A stretch of 64,000 bases of DNA from Candidatus Magasanikiibacteriota bacterium (GCA_016193335.1 JACPSK010000001.1:279424-343423); one strand, 5' to 3'. Positions 28,273-37,285 are shown, numbered from the stretch's first letter. Translations and numbers: made by a program. Notes: generated by a model not told the origin, from the letters alone.

Positions 28273-30433
28273 CTGAAACAGGGCTTACTTCTTCTGAAGA
28301 CAAAAGGTCCAGACAAACAGGGGTACTCGGCTGAGCCGTAACCGAATCATCCGTGGTAACGCAAGCAGTGTCAACCGTTCCGGTCTCAAGCACTTCGTCT
28401 TCATTTAATTGTTGAAGCTTTACATCAAAACAATCGGCCCCGGTTCCAGTGATCGGGTTCCCTTCCGTGTCTTCTTTATATGCGCATACTATGGATTCTC
28501 CTTTGGCGCCAGACTTGGGCCCCCTGCCCGGATACAAACAATTTCCATTTGAAGAAAGCACGTTTGAATCCGCATAAGGAAAATAATAAAAATCCTGATC
28601 ATTGGGACCAAAAACCCTGTGCAAAAGACTGGCTACGGTAGAGTTCGGATAATCAGGCACCGCAAGTTTCAAAGGATTATCCAGATCTTCAGATTCAGGT
28701 TTTGACCAAAATTCGAGAACTGTTCCCGGAATAGGGGTTACATTATCAGGAAACTCGCGCATTCTAATATTGTAAAGAGTTCCGAAAAGCATTCTTCTAT
28801 TGAAATACAAAGTAACCGGTTCGTCTTTGACCACGTTTTCTTTGTCAACCCCGGGAAAAACACGTTGGAGGTAGGGCGAACTCCGGTCTATTTTATTGAG
28901 GACGACAAAAGACCACCAATAGTTGTCTTCTTGAGCTCCTTCAGCCCGTCCTTTTGCCACTGCGTTTGGGGTTGGCCCGTCCAAAGCATTGCCAGACATA
29001 TCCATGACGCCGCTGAATGGTTTGCTTTCAAATGATTTGTTGTTTGTCGGATTAATTAATTCAGCCGAATGAACCACAATGCTATATTGATTTTTCGAGG
29101 TATCAGTACAAGCAGTTTCTCCGCAATCAAGGGGCAAACAATACAGCGGATTGCCGCAACTGTTTTGTCCGCAGACTTCGTCAGAATAAAATTCCACTGT
29201 TTTGTATCCATTGCTTATCTTCCATTCACCGGTTGGTACAGCCTCGCCCGCTCCATCCAATGTATTGAAAACCAAATTGTTGTGTGGGACCGCGGCTGTT
29301 GTCAAACCCTGTACCATAGTGGGATCCACGGCTTCATTGAAATGAATTTGGACATACTCATTTCGAGCCGTTTCAGTATTGGGATCTGGATTCACGGATA
29401 CCACAAAAGGAGGAGATTGGTCCAAAGTGCCGTCAGTTTGAAAATCCCACGTATAGTATTCGGCGCCAAGAAGGTCGCCGAATACCCCAATTTGTTTGCC
29501 GTTAACCGGTGTTTTTTTGAGAATACTGTTGTTCAATTTCACCGTATGCCATACTTCTTCGGCTTCTTTGCCCAGATGATCAAAGGGCTTTATAACTAAA
29601 GTATATACATTTCGAGCGTCAGCGTCCTCGTACAAAGCTTGGGCTGAGGCGTTTTTGAGCTGTTTGATTTCGGCCTGGGTATCGAAAATTCCCACGGCTT
29701 CTGTTTTGAGATGATCACAATCTTTCTCATAACTGAAATTGGGACTTTCTGTAAGGCAATCTCCATAATACGGCTCAGAAAAAACGTCATCACAAAGAAC
29801 CGGAACAGCTTCAGATCCCCAGCAGGTTTTATTAAAATTGTCCATCACTGACGCAGGGTCAATGGGTTCAAAAAAAGTAATCGCTATCTTTGTATTCCGC
29901 TTTACTCCTGTTTGGTCCCTAAACGGATAATGATCTTTCACCACCTTGCCCAAAGCCCCGCTTCCGGTGAAAGTATCAAATACCGGAGCTCCTTCGCTCT
30001 GTTTCGCGGAAGGATTTATGGCTTCGGTAAGCGCGTTGATGACCCATTGCGCTATAGCAAGAGAAGACAAAATAATGGCAAGCCCGATAACCGCGTTCCT
30101 TAAAATGGTTTTGCCGGCCGTGACTTTTTCTTCATTTCCCGCCGCGGTCATAATAGTATAACCGGCGTAGATGATAAGAATCACGGCAATAAGGCCAAGT
30201 AAACCGAGAACCGCCCGTATAATGCGCGCGGCTATCACTCGTATGTCAGCATTCGCCAATTGCACTTCTTGGCCAAATTGGCCAAGACCAAAGGTGTCTG
30301 ATTGGGCGGACACAGTGCCTCCTCCATACGCCAAACTCAGGCCCAAAAAAAGAAAAACCGCGACTCCAACTATAACGGCATGGAGCGCAGTTTTGTTACT
30401 GTACTTTCTGAATGTGAATATCCTTGGCAGCAT
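28265..30433 (-). CDS. 722-aa surface protein paralogous over its N-terminal ~135 aa (signal plus membrane hairpin module) to the giant protein, followed by Ig-like/beta-rich extracellular domains
   Basis: Conserved N-terminal region: DTFGLGQFGQEVQLANADIRVIAARIIRAVLGLLGLIAVILIIYAGYTIMTAAGNEEK...IGLAIILSSLAIAQWV versus the giant protein's DTFGVAKINETVNLEVQDIRVTVAKIIRIFLGLLGVIALGIILYGGYVYMTAGGSEDK...IGLAIILSSLAITQFV. Confidence 0.7.
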   Translation of the reverse strand: MLPRIFTFRKYSNKTALHAVIVGVAVFLFLGLSLAYGGGTVSAQSDTFGLGQFGQEVQLANADIRVIAARIIRAVLGLLGLIAVILIIYAGYTIMTAAGNEEKVTAGKTILRNAVIGLAIILSSLAIAQWVINALTEAINPSAKQSEGAPVFDTFTGSGALGKVVKDHYPFRDQTGVKRNTKIAITFFEPIDPASVMDNFNKTCWGSEAVPVLCDDVFSEPYYGDCLTESPNFSYEKDCDHLKTEAVGIFDTQAEIKQLKNASAQALYEDADARNVYTLVIKPFDHLGKEAEEVWHTVKLNNSILKKTPVNGKQIGVFGDLLGAEYYTWDFQTDGTLDQSPPFVVSVNPDPNTETARNEYVQIHFNEAVDPTMVQGLTTAAVPHNNLVFNTLDGAGEAVPTGEWKISNGYKTVEFYSDEVCGQNSCGNPLYCLPLDCGETACTDTSKNQYSIVVHSAELINPTNNKSFESKPFSGVMDMSGNALDGPTPNAVAKGRAEGAQEDNYWWSFVVLNKIDRSSPYLQRVFPGVDKENVVKDEPVTLYFNRRMLFGTLYNIRMREFPDNVTPIPGTVLEFWSKPESEDLDNPLKLAVPDYPNSTVASLLHRVFGPNDQDFYYFPYADSNVLSSNGNCLYPGRGPKSGAKGESIVCAYKEDTEGNPITGTGADCFDVKLQQLNEDEVLETGTVDTACVTTDDSVTAQPSTPVCLDLLSSEEVSPVSGE

Positions 30434-30484
30434 GGAAACCAGGGATAATGGTAATGATTATCTGATTCTCTTGTTTTTACCAAT

Positions 30485-30934
30485 CTATGTTTGGGCCAAT
30501 AATTCGGACAGCATTTTTTTTACGCGAACTCCGTCAGAACGCCCCTTTACTTCTAACATCACAGCCCCCATCGCCTTTCCCAGATCTCCAGAGCCTTTGA
30601 AAGATCCTCTATCAAGGACCGAACAAGCAATCTCTCTCAAAGCCTCATCTGAAAGTTGTTCAGGCAGATAAGCTTTCAAAATCGAAATTTCTTTTTCTGC
30701 CTTTCCACTGAGATCCGCGCGTCCCGCTTTCTCAAAATCTTGCAAGGCGTCTTGCAACTGTTTAACGAGACGAGCGAGCACCGCCTCGGTTTCCGAGTCT
30801 TCCAAAGCTCCGCCTTTTCTTATTTTTTCGTTCTTAAGAGCGGCCAAAGCCACTTGCAAAATGGACAAAGTATCCGCGTCTTGCGATTTTCTCGCCGCCA
30901 TTTGATCCTGAGAAAGCCGATCGTATAAAAACAT
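30485..30934 (-). CDS. yqeY: GatB/YqeY-domain protein
   Basis: 149 aa, helical, YqeY-like layout. Classic rpsU-yqeY pairing. Confidence 0.65.
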   Translation of the reverse strand: MFLYDRLSQDQMAARKSQDADTLSILQVALAALKNEKIRKGGALEDSETEAVLARLVKQLQDALQDFEKAGRADLSGKAEKEISILKAYLPEQLSDEALREIACSVLDRGSFKGSGDLGKAMGAVMLEVKGRSDGVRVKKMLSELLAQT

Positions 30935-30938
30935 ATTC

Positions 30939-31181
30939 TTACTTTCTTCCGTAAGGCTCCTCTTTCTGAGGCAATTTCCCTATTTTCTTCAAGTAATTTA
31001 TCTTCGAAACCTTCTTGGATTTTGCCACGGCTTGGCCGCGACGCATATTTCTGCTTGGCTGACTCTGAAAAAATTGTATTTTCCTGGCCTGCAGTAATTT
31101 TCCAGAACGTTTCCACTGGTCTTTAACTCTGCGCATGAAGCCCTCAAAAGACTCACCTTTTTTTCTTTTGATTTCTGACAC
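30939..31181 (-). CDS. rpsU: 30S ribosomal protein S21, probable GTG start with GGGAGG Shine-Dalgarno 8 nt upstream
   Basis: MSEIKRKKGESFEGFMRRVKDQWKRSG aligns with the canonical S21 N-terminus ([22 protein letters not shown]...). The longer six-frame call (to 31190) would start inside the SD. Confidence 0.7.
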   Translation of the reverse strand: MSEIKRKKGESFEGFMRRVKDQWKRSGKLLQARKIQFFQSQPSRNMRRGQAVAKSKKVSKINYLKKIGKLPQKEEPYGRK

Positions 31182-31254
31182 AATACTCACCTCCCGGTGA
31201 AATTAATGAATAATTATCATGTATAATGTAACTGAAACAACGCAAAAAGTCAAA

Positions 31255-32730
31255 TCAAAGCTGTAATAACTTTCGCAAACTGTTTTTCAGTTTTCCTTGG
31301 TCGACCACTTCTTGGATCCCTGACTCCATATCACGAATAAGAATGGTACTGTCTTGAACTTCTTTCTGGCCCAAAATCAAAGCGTGAGTAACCCCGCGTT
31401 TATTGGCACTCTCGAGCTGAGCTTTGAGAGATGATTTCGCCAAATTGTGATATACCAAGATGCCATCTCTTCTAAGCTGTTCGAGCAAATACAAAGCTCG
31501 TTTTCTCCCCTGCTCGCCCAATTGGGCAAAGAAAACAACGGGTGTGGAAGATTTTTTGGGAACCCCGGGTTGCGGTTCTTCTTGTTTTGACTTTTTTTGC
31601 AGAGCCGCGTATACCCGTTCAATTCCCATCGCGAAACCGGCGGCAGGCGTGGGAGCGCCTCCCAGCAATTCAATGAGGCCGTTGTATCTTCCACCTCCGG
31701 CCAAACTGCTCTGCGCGCTCTTTTCTACATTGTCTTCCACGATCTCGAACACGGTATCTGTATAATAATCCAAACCTCGCACCAAGCTTGGTGTCAGAAC
31801 ATAGGGTATTTCCGCGGCGTCGAGATATTCCAAAACAGACGTGAAATAACTTTTTGATTCTTCAGAAAGCCAATCCAGGATTTCGGGAGCTTCTTCAATG
31901 ATGGGCAGATCTTCTTCCTCATTTGAATCAAGAACGCGCAAAGGATTTTTGTGCATCCTCTTTTTGGATTGTTCTGACAGATAACTCCGCTTGCTCTTGA
32001 GATACCCCAACAATTCCACCACATACTGTTCTCTATCCGCGAGAGTGCCGATACTGTTGACTCTAACCGTGCTTTCAATACCCAGATCTCTGAGAGTATT
32101 GTAGGCCACGCTAATAAGTTCGGCGTCTACTACAGGGCTGTGTTCTCCTATGTGTTCACAATCAAACTGATGAAATTCGCGATAACGTCCGGCCTGGGGA
32201 CGGTTGTGGCGAAACATGGGACCCCAATTCCAGATCTTTACCGGTTGCGGCAGCGTTTGCATGCCATGCATGATGTAGGCGCGGGCAACGGCGGCTGTAA
32301 GCTCGGGACGCAAACATACTTTAGTGCCGTCAGCATCTTCAAAAATGTACATTTCTTTTTCCACCACGTCCGTTCCTTTCCCCAAAGAACGCACAAATAG
32401 TGAAGCCTGCTCCACTATGGGAGTTTCTATATATGTGTATTCATAAGCTTTGGCCACAGCCTCGGCCGTATGATATATGCGTGTCCAGAGCTCACTCTGT
32501 TGGGGCAAGAGATCTTTCATGCCGCGAATCAAGGCGAGAGAAGATGATTTCGTCGCGGCCTTTTTTTCTTTTTTATCATCTGAAGAAGACTTACCCGGAC
32601 CCTGTATGGTGGTTTTGGCCTTTGGAGCTCTAAGAGCTCCTTTCTTTTTTCTCTCCGCTTTGCCTGAATCCTTTGCCTTTCTTGGCGCAGAAGCTTTCAT
32701 TTTTGAAGATTGTTTCTTTTGGGGAGACAT
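31255..32730 (-). CDS. hisS: Histidyl-tRNA synthetase (class II) with a ~65-aa lysine-rich N-terminal extension, or a mis-called start
   Basis: LIRGMKDLLP...IETPIVEQASLF...DVVEKEMYIF aligns to the HisRS N-terminus. Motif 2 FRHNRPQAGRYREFHQFDCE, anticodon-binding C-terminal domain. Confidence 0.85.
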   Translation of the reverse strand: MSPQKKQSSKMKASAPRKAKDSGKAERKKKGALRAPKAKTTIQGPGKSSSDDKKEKKAATKSSSLALIRGMKDLLPQQSELWTRIYHTAEAVAKAYEYTYIETPIVEQASLFVRSLGKGTDVVEKEMYIFEDADGTKVCLRPELTAAVARAYIMHGMQTLPQPVKIWNWGPMFRHNRPQAGRYREFHQFDCEHIGEHSPVVDAELISVAYNTLRDLGIESTVRVNSIGTLADREQYVVELLGYLKSKRSYLSEQSKKRMHKNPLRVLDSNEEEDLPIIEEAPEILDWLSEESKSYFTSVLEYLDAAEIPYVLTPSLVRGLDYYTDTVFEIVEDNVEKSAQSSLAGGGRYNGLIELLGGAPTPAAGFAMGIERVYAALQKKSKQEEPQPGVPKKSSTPVVFFAQLGEQGRKRALYLLEQLRRDGILVYHNLAKSSLKAQLESANKRGVTHALILGQKEVQDSTILIRDMESGIQEVVDQGKLKNSLRKLLQL

Positions 32731-32759
32731 AATGAAAATTTTTAATTTATAATTTATAA

Positions 32760-32874
32760 TTTTTAAACAATTTTTATTCTCTTAATTTCTAATGAGTGAG
32801 CCCACACGGTACCTTTCGGACAAGGATATTTTGTGTAGAGGATAAAAATTACATCATTGGAAATTGTTTAAAAA
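32760..32874 (-). mobile_element. MITE-like element, copy L (14-bp TIRs tttttaaacaattt / aaattgtttaaaaa), inverted relative to copy R
   Basis: ~93-95% identical to the reverse complement of 37286-37400, with perfect terminal inverted repeats. Sits between the hisS start and the lepB stop. Confidence 0.5.
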
Positions 32875-32881
32875 TTAAAAA

Positions 32882-33481
32882 TTACAAATTGTATTCCGGA
32901 AGATTGCCGAATGAAGTGAGACGACTGAATGGCCAGCCTCTGAACACGACTCTCCCAACGATATCATTCACAGAAATAGGGCCGAAACGACGAGAATCAT
33001 AGCTCGCGTCTCTGTTGTCGCCAAGTACAAAGTACTGATCCGGACCCAAGGTAATCGAAACTGAACCGGGGGTTTGTTCTTCGAGATACGATTCTTGGAT
33101 AATAACACCCTGCGGGTATTCATTGTTATAAACCACAACTTTGTTCCCCTCCACTTTTATCCGTTCTCCGGGCAAACCTATGATACGCTTCAGATAATTG
33201 TCCGAAGCCACGGGCGCTCTGAAGACAATGATTTCTCCCCGCTCCGGCGCGCGGAAACGATAGCTGATTTCGTCTATGATCAAATAATCACGTTCATAAA
33301 AAGTGGGTTCCATCGATTGTCCTTTTACATAAAAGGGCTTGAACAAAAAGTAGCGTATAAGAACGATGGTAACGCCGGCGAGCAAAGTTACTTTGATGAG
33401 CTCCAAAAAAAAGAGCCCCAATTTATTCAGAAAACCGCGCTCCGTAATATTCACTTGTTCGCGATCATCTTCTTTTTTCAT
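32882..33481 (-). CDS. lepB: Signal peptidase I
   Basis: 199 aa. N-terminal TM, Ser box GQSMEPTF, GDNRDASYDSRRFGPI box. Confidence 0.85.
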   Translation of the reverse strand: MKKEDDREQVNITERGFLNKLGLFFLELIKVTLLAGVTIVLIRYFLFKPFYVKGQSMEPTFYERDYLIIDEISYRFRAPERGEIIVFRAPVASDNYLKRIIGLPGERIKVEGNKVVVYNNEYPQGVIIQESYLEEQTPGSVSITLGPDQYFVLGDNRDASYDSRRFGPISVNDIVGRVVFRGWPFSRLTSFGNLPEYNL

Positions 33482-33623
33482 AATAAAATGTATAACACTG
33501 ACCTCACACTATATCGTTTAACCCTAATCCAGTATACAAAAAAAAACTTCTTATTTCAATCCTGGCCAAGTCGAAACAGTAAATCTATACTCCCGCCGTT
33601 TGTTTTAGTAAAATCCTCTGTTG

Positions 33624-33697
33624 TGGGCATGCCTGGAGTCGAACCAGGGACCTCAACATTATCAGTGTTGCGCTCTAACCATCTGAGCTACATGCCC
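33624..33697 (-). tRNA. tRNA-Ile (anticodon GAT)
   Basis: Reverse complement gives gggcatg-ta-gctc-agatggtta-gagc-g-caaca-ctGATaa-tgttg-aggtc-cctgg-ttcgact-ccagg-catgccc-a. All stems pair. Confidence 0.85.
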
Positions 33698-33868
33698 GTT
33701 TTAACGCTTGGAAATTGATACGTAGAAATCAACCGGTTTATGTCTGACTCAACCGTAAGATATTTATTCTAAAAAAACGAATCACAAGGTTTAAACGTTA
33801 AAAGAGTATACCTATATATAAGTAATTCGTCAACCCTATTTCTTAAACCGCGCTCTTCTACGAGGGGC

Positions 33869-34738
33869 TTATAAAATCACACTGTCTTCATCTTCAGATT
33901 CGATTAGTTCAGGAAGTATATAGGTATCATATCCAAAGCCATCTATCCCTATATATTCGCCTTCTCCTCTTAAAATACGTTCCATGGGAAGGCAAGCGAA
34001 ACATCCATCCTCAGCTTTCGGGCATTTGAAACGCTCCAACTGACGAGCCAATTTTACGTCTCTGGCTATTTTGAGCACCCGCTCGTAAGCCTGATTCAGA
34101 TCGGGGAGTTCTTTTTCAGTCAATTCATCTTGGAATTCGAGATACCAATAACTGGCCTTTTCCACCTTGTGTTTTTGACAACGATCAACCAGCAAATAAT
34201 AGATAGGCAATTGTAAAGAAAACTCTGATTCTTCGGACTTTCCTGTTTTAAAATCAATAATATGCACGCCTTTGGTATCGGGAAGATACTCGAGCCAGTC
34301 CACACGGCCGCATAAAATAATGTTTTCTTCTTCTGAAAGCCAAAAATACGGCAGTTCTTTATTTATTTTTACTGCCAAACGTTTCAGAGGCCCTGGATGA
34401 TGGTAGACTCGCGTCATCATGGTCTGGCCGCGCTTTTTGTACGCGGATTCCTGGTTCTCGTCGGTAAAGCCCCCTTTCTTTCCTGATATATCTTCCCAAA
34501 CTTCATTAAAACGATCCATGAGCGGTTTGTCGAAGCGTTCTTCTTTTTTCAAAACAGACAAAGACTCCAAAGTATCGTGAACAGCCTGGCCCAAAGCAAG
34601 GGCCGGAGACATACGTTTTATCTTGTGGTTTGTTTTGGGATCGCGATACACATTGCGGAGATAATAAGCCCGAGGGCAAGACAAAAAATCGCTGATTGAG
34701 CTGTGCGAAACCCAGGTGGCGGTATATTTGTCGGGCAT
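33869..34738 (-). CDS. PD-(D/E)xK nuclease, Cas4/RecB-like (DUF83-type) with 4-Cys cluster, orphan (no CRISPR/cas nearby)
   Basis: 289 aa. N-terminal Cys (FLSCPRAYYL), nuclease core CGRVDWLEY...IIDFKTGK (D..D-x-K), conserved Y/Q helix, C-terminal C-x6-C-x2-C (CPKAEDGCFAC). Confidence 0.65.
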   Translation of the reverse strand: MPDKYTATWVSHSSISDFLSCPRAYYLRNVYRDPKTNHKIKRMSPALALGQAVHDTLESLSVLKKEERFDKPLMDRFNEVWEDISGKKGGFTDENQESAYKKRGQTMMTRVYHHPGPLKRLAVKINKELPYFWLSEEENIILCGRVDWLEYLPDTKGVHIIDFKTGKSEESEFSLQLPIYYLLVDRCQKHKVEKASYWYLEFQDELTEKELPDLNQAYERVLKIARDVKLARQLERFKCPKAEDGCFACLPMERILRGEGEYIGIDGFGYDTYILPELIESEDEDSVIL

Positions 34739-34750
34739 ACATTTTTAAAA

Positions 34751-34883
34751 TTTTTAAACAATTTTAATGCTTAATTTGAAATTAATTTTTGTCAGATTGA
34801 AAATATTCTCCAGTATACTTGAAAGGTTTCAATCTTCTCTGCCTGATTATTATTACATTCCCTCATTAAAAATTGTTTAAAAA
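34751..34883 (+). mobile_element. MITE-like element, third copy (same 14-bp TIRs, divergent interior)
   Basis: Starts tttttaaacaatttt and ends aaaattgtttaaaaattataaattgtaa, as in copies L and R. Interior differs. Confidence 0.4.
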
Positions 34884-34902
34884 TTATAAATTGTAATTTT
34901 AA

Positions 34903-36021
34903 CTACATATAAGACCCCATGCACACATTAAAATTTTTGATTCCTGTATTATGTATCTGTACCATCTCCCTGCTTTCCAAAACGAGAGCATTATACTCAT
35001 TAACCAAAGCATTATATTCATCCACTTTTGCGTTAAAATTTTCCCCCGGATTTGAGCTCTGCGCGTCCAGATATTGTTTGGTCTCTGATAATTTTTGATC
35101 CACTGCGTTTATTTGCGCGTTTTTACTTTGTATGTTTGTTTCAAGCGCAGCATCAGGCTCGGCGCAAAGACTTTTTGGAGCGCCAAATTCTTGCACTGCC
35201 ATCCACACTTCATTACCCTCATAAATTCCCTTTCCCACGGCTACTCCGATCTCTGTAAAACCTGCTTTCAATATGTTGGCCCTATGGCCCGGGCTGTTCA
35301 TCCAGGCGTTCACCAAATCACCGTCATTGGCAAAATCACCAAGAGCCAAATTTTCACCTACCAAAATATAGGTATAACCCGAGGCCTGCGCAAGATCTCC
35401 CGGTCCTTTACCCGAAGGAGACACATGAGCAAAATACTGCAAAGCAAACATATCATTGAGTTTTGATTGCGCGGCTTGCTCCAACTGCTTATTCGATTTT
35501 AAAATCGCCAGTCCAGCCTTAGCGCGTTCCTGATTGCTGATAATGATAACTCCATCCGCGCTTAAAGCGCTGCCGGGAGACGCGCTGGTGTTTGTTTTCA
35601 AAGGGGCGGGAGCGATAATCACCGGCTCCTGTTTTATACTTGGTTCAATCTGGGCTGTGTCTTCCTGCTTTACTGGCTCTAAGTCCTTCGCGGTCTTATT
35701 ATTTTGAATGATCTCCGACTTCTCGCTTGGTTCTTGAGAAGGGACGCGGTCTTTCTGAGGCAAAACTTCTTTTGCCGGAACTCCTTTTACTTCCGTTTTA
35801 TTGGAAGGAAATGCTGTTTCTTTCTCCGCAGGTTTTTGATATAAATCTTGGAAATTCTTAGAAACTGCCGTGCTCGTTTTTCTATCAACAGGCTCCGCAG
35901 TAAGCGATTCGTTATCGTCTGATATTGTTTCATTCTTTTTAGATATATCAAAAAATGCCGTATAGGCCAAAGCCAAAACCAACAAAGCAGAAAAACCGAA
36001 AAACCAGAGTATTTTTTTCAT
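34903..36021 (-). CDS. Secreted/anchored CAP (SCP/PR-1, YkwD-like) domain protein with C-terminal coiled-coil. Start taken at internal Met before the signal-anchor
   Basis: MKKILWFFGFSALLVLALAYTAFF anchor. CAP motifs GHRANILKAGFTEIGVAVG and EVWMAVQEFG. C-terminal heptad-rich region (NALVNEYNALV). Confidence 0.65.
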   Translation of the reverse strand: MKKILWFFGFSALLVLALAYTAFFDISKKNETISDDNESLTAEPVDRKTSTAVSKNFQDLYQKPAEKETAFPSNKTEVKGVPAKEVLPQKDRVPSQEPSEKSEIIQNNKTAKDLEPVKQEDTAQIEPSIKQEPVIIAPAPLKTNTSASPGSALSADGVIIISNQERAKAGLAILKSNKQLEQAAQSKLNDMFALQYFAHVSPSGKGPGDLAQASGYTYILVGENLALGDFANDGDLVNAWMNSPGHRANILKAGFTEIGVAVGKGIYEGNEVWMAVQEFGAPKSLCAEPDAALETNIQSKNAQINAVDQKLSETKQYLDAQSSNPGENFNAKVDEYNALVNEYNALVLESREMVQIHNTGIKNFNVCMGSYM

Positions 36022-36158
36022 ACAAAATCTTAGGACCGAAAAGACTTGTCTATATTGTAACTCAGATACCTTTATAAAACAAAACGACCCCGCCTCCATC
36101 TATAAACACAATCTTTTGTGAACATAGACAGTGTGGGGTCGTGTGAAACAAAATCTAT

Positions 36159-36584
36159 CTACTCGTAGATAGGCGCGCCGGGCCTCTTCCTCGGGGAAGG
36201 AAGCCTGCCCAAATCAGGGCTCAAGCCGGCTCCTTCAAGGAGCGAGCGAAGCGAGGCAAGCGTGCGGCCCTGCTCAGAGTCGTGCCGGAGAGCCATTGCT
36301 TTGTAGCATGCGGAGACGACTGTGGAATGGTCACGGCCCCCCAGAGTCTTCCCGATCTGGGGGAAAGACATCCGGGTATAAATCCGGAGAAGATACATGC
36401 AAAGATGCCTGGGCAAGGCTATCTGCTTGTACCTTCCTGAGCCTTGGACAGATCCAAAGGCCACATCAAAAAAACCGAGCAACGTGCCAATGACCAAACG
36501 GGCATCCCGGGCGCTGTTCGCCACCCCGACCAAACGCCCGCCATAAACCCGCGCTTGTGGGTCATTTGAAGTCGAAACGGACAT
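36159..36584 (-). CDS. Small DnaA domain-IV-like helix-turn-helix protein, encoded in a ~60% GC patch
   Basis: ALPRHLCMYLLRIYTRMSFPQIGKTLGGRDHSTVVSACYKAMA matches the DnaA C-terminal DNA-binding consensus (R..AMYL....T..S...IG..FGgRDHtTV.ha..k). Start chosen at MSVSTS, which has a GGGAGG SD 5 nt upstream. Confidence 0.55.
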   Translation of the reverse strand: MSVSTSNDPQARVYGGRLVGVANSARDARLVIGTLLGFFDVAFGSVQGSGRYKQIALPRHLCMYLLRIYTRMSFPQIGKTLGGRDHSTVVSACYKAMALRHDSEQGRTLASLRSLLEGAGLSPDLGRLPSPRKRPGAPIYE

Positions 36585-36608
36585 GATGACCTCCCTTGTT
36601 GTCTGACT

Positions 36609-36637
36609 TATATACACAAAAAAAGAGCTCTTGTCAA
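36609..36637 (-). promoter_or_regulatory. Near-consensus sigma70 promoter TTGACA-N17-TATATA driving the DnaA-C-like HTH gene
   Basis: Minus strand reads gagcTTGACAagagctctttttttgtgTATATAagtcagacaacaagGGAGGtcatcATG. Confidence 0.5.
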
Positions 36638-36665
36638 GCTCATGTATTATTCAACTTAATCTAAG

Positions 36666-37109
36666 TTAGCTTGTATTCCGAATATTCAGATATTCCTCTA
36701 CTCCTTTTAGCCAACCGCCCTCAAAATACTTCTCGGGCTGGAAAACTTGCGGGTCAATCCACAACATTTCAGTATGCCTTTCGGAAAGTCGTATAGTTCC
36801 ACTTTGCAAAATGCCTTCATAGCCTATAGCAAATATCCTCACCATAGGGTTGCCGAGGATTCGTTCAATTCTTTCATGCCTCATAAAAAGCAGCGGCCTG
36901 CCAATGCTATATTGAATATCCTCGCCCAATTCCTCGGAGATTTTTCGTTTGATGATCTGATCCAAGGAAACACCAAATTCATCCTTTTGGATTCTGCCGC
37001 CCGGCAAATCCCAATCTCCAAAACGATCTTTCAATATAAGCAAGGCGCCATCTTTTTCCAAAAATACTTTTACAGCCACGAAATAGCTGTCTTTTTGCTC
37101 ATTATTCAT
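36666..37109 (-). CDS. NUDIX hydrolase
   Basis: 147 aa. Nudix box GGRIQKDEFGVSLDQIIKRKISEELGE (G-x5-E-x7-REUxEExGU pattern). Confidence 0.7.
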   Translation of the reverse strand: MNNEQKDSYFVAVKVFLEKDGALLILKDRFGDWDLPGGRIQKDEFGVSLDQIIKRKISEELGEDIQYSIGRPLLFMRHERIERILGNPMVRIFAIGYEGILQSGTIRLSERHTEMLWIDPQVFQPEKYFEGGWLKGVEEYLNIRNTS

Positions 37110-37164
37110 AATCTAACGGCTTCGATTGGCAAATTAATATATCTTGGACAAAATCCCGACACAG

Positions 37165-37238
37165 TGGACCCAAGAGGATTCGAACCTCTGACCTCTACAA
37201 TGTCAATGTAGCGCTCTAACCAACTGAGCTATGAGTCC
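37165..37238 (-). tRNA. tRNA-Val (anticodon GAC)
   Basis: Reverse complement gives ggactca-ta-gctc-agttggtta-gagc-g-ctaca-ttGACat-tgtag-aggtc-agagg-ttcgaat-cctct-tgggtcc-a. Confidence 0.85.
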
Positions 37239-37285
37239 ACTCTATGGGGATGAGAAAACACTAATTTCTAATTTTAAATTTATGA

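Noticed and set aside
32731-32880. T-box leader upstream of hisS
   Set aside because: No T-box consensus (AATTAGGGTGGNACCGCG) or specifier/antiterminator arrangement is present. The sequence is instead one copy of the MITE-like repeat.
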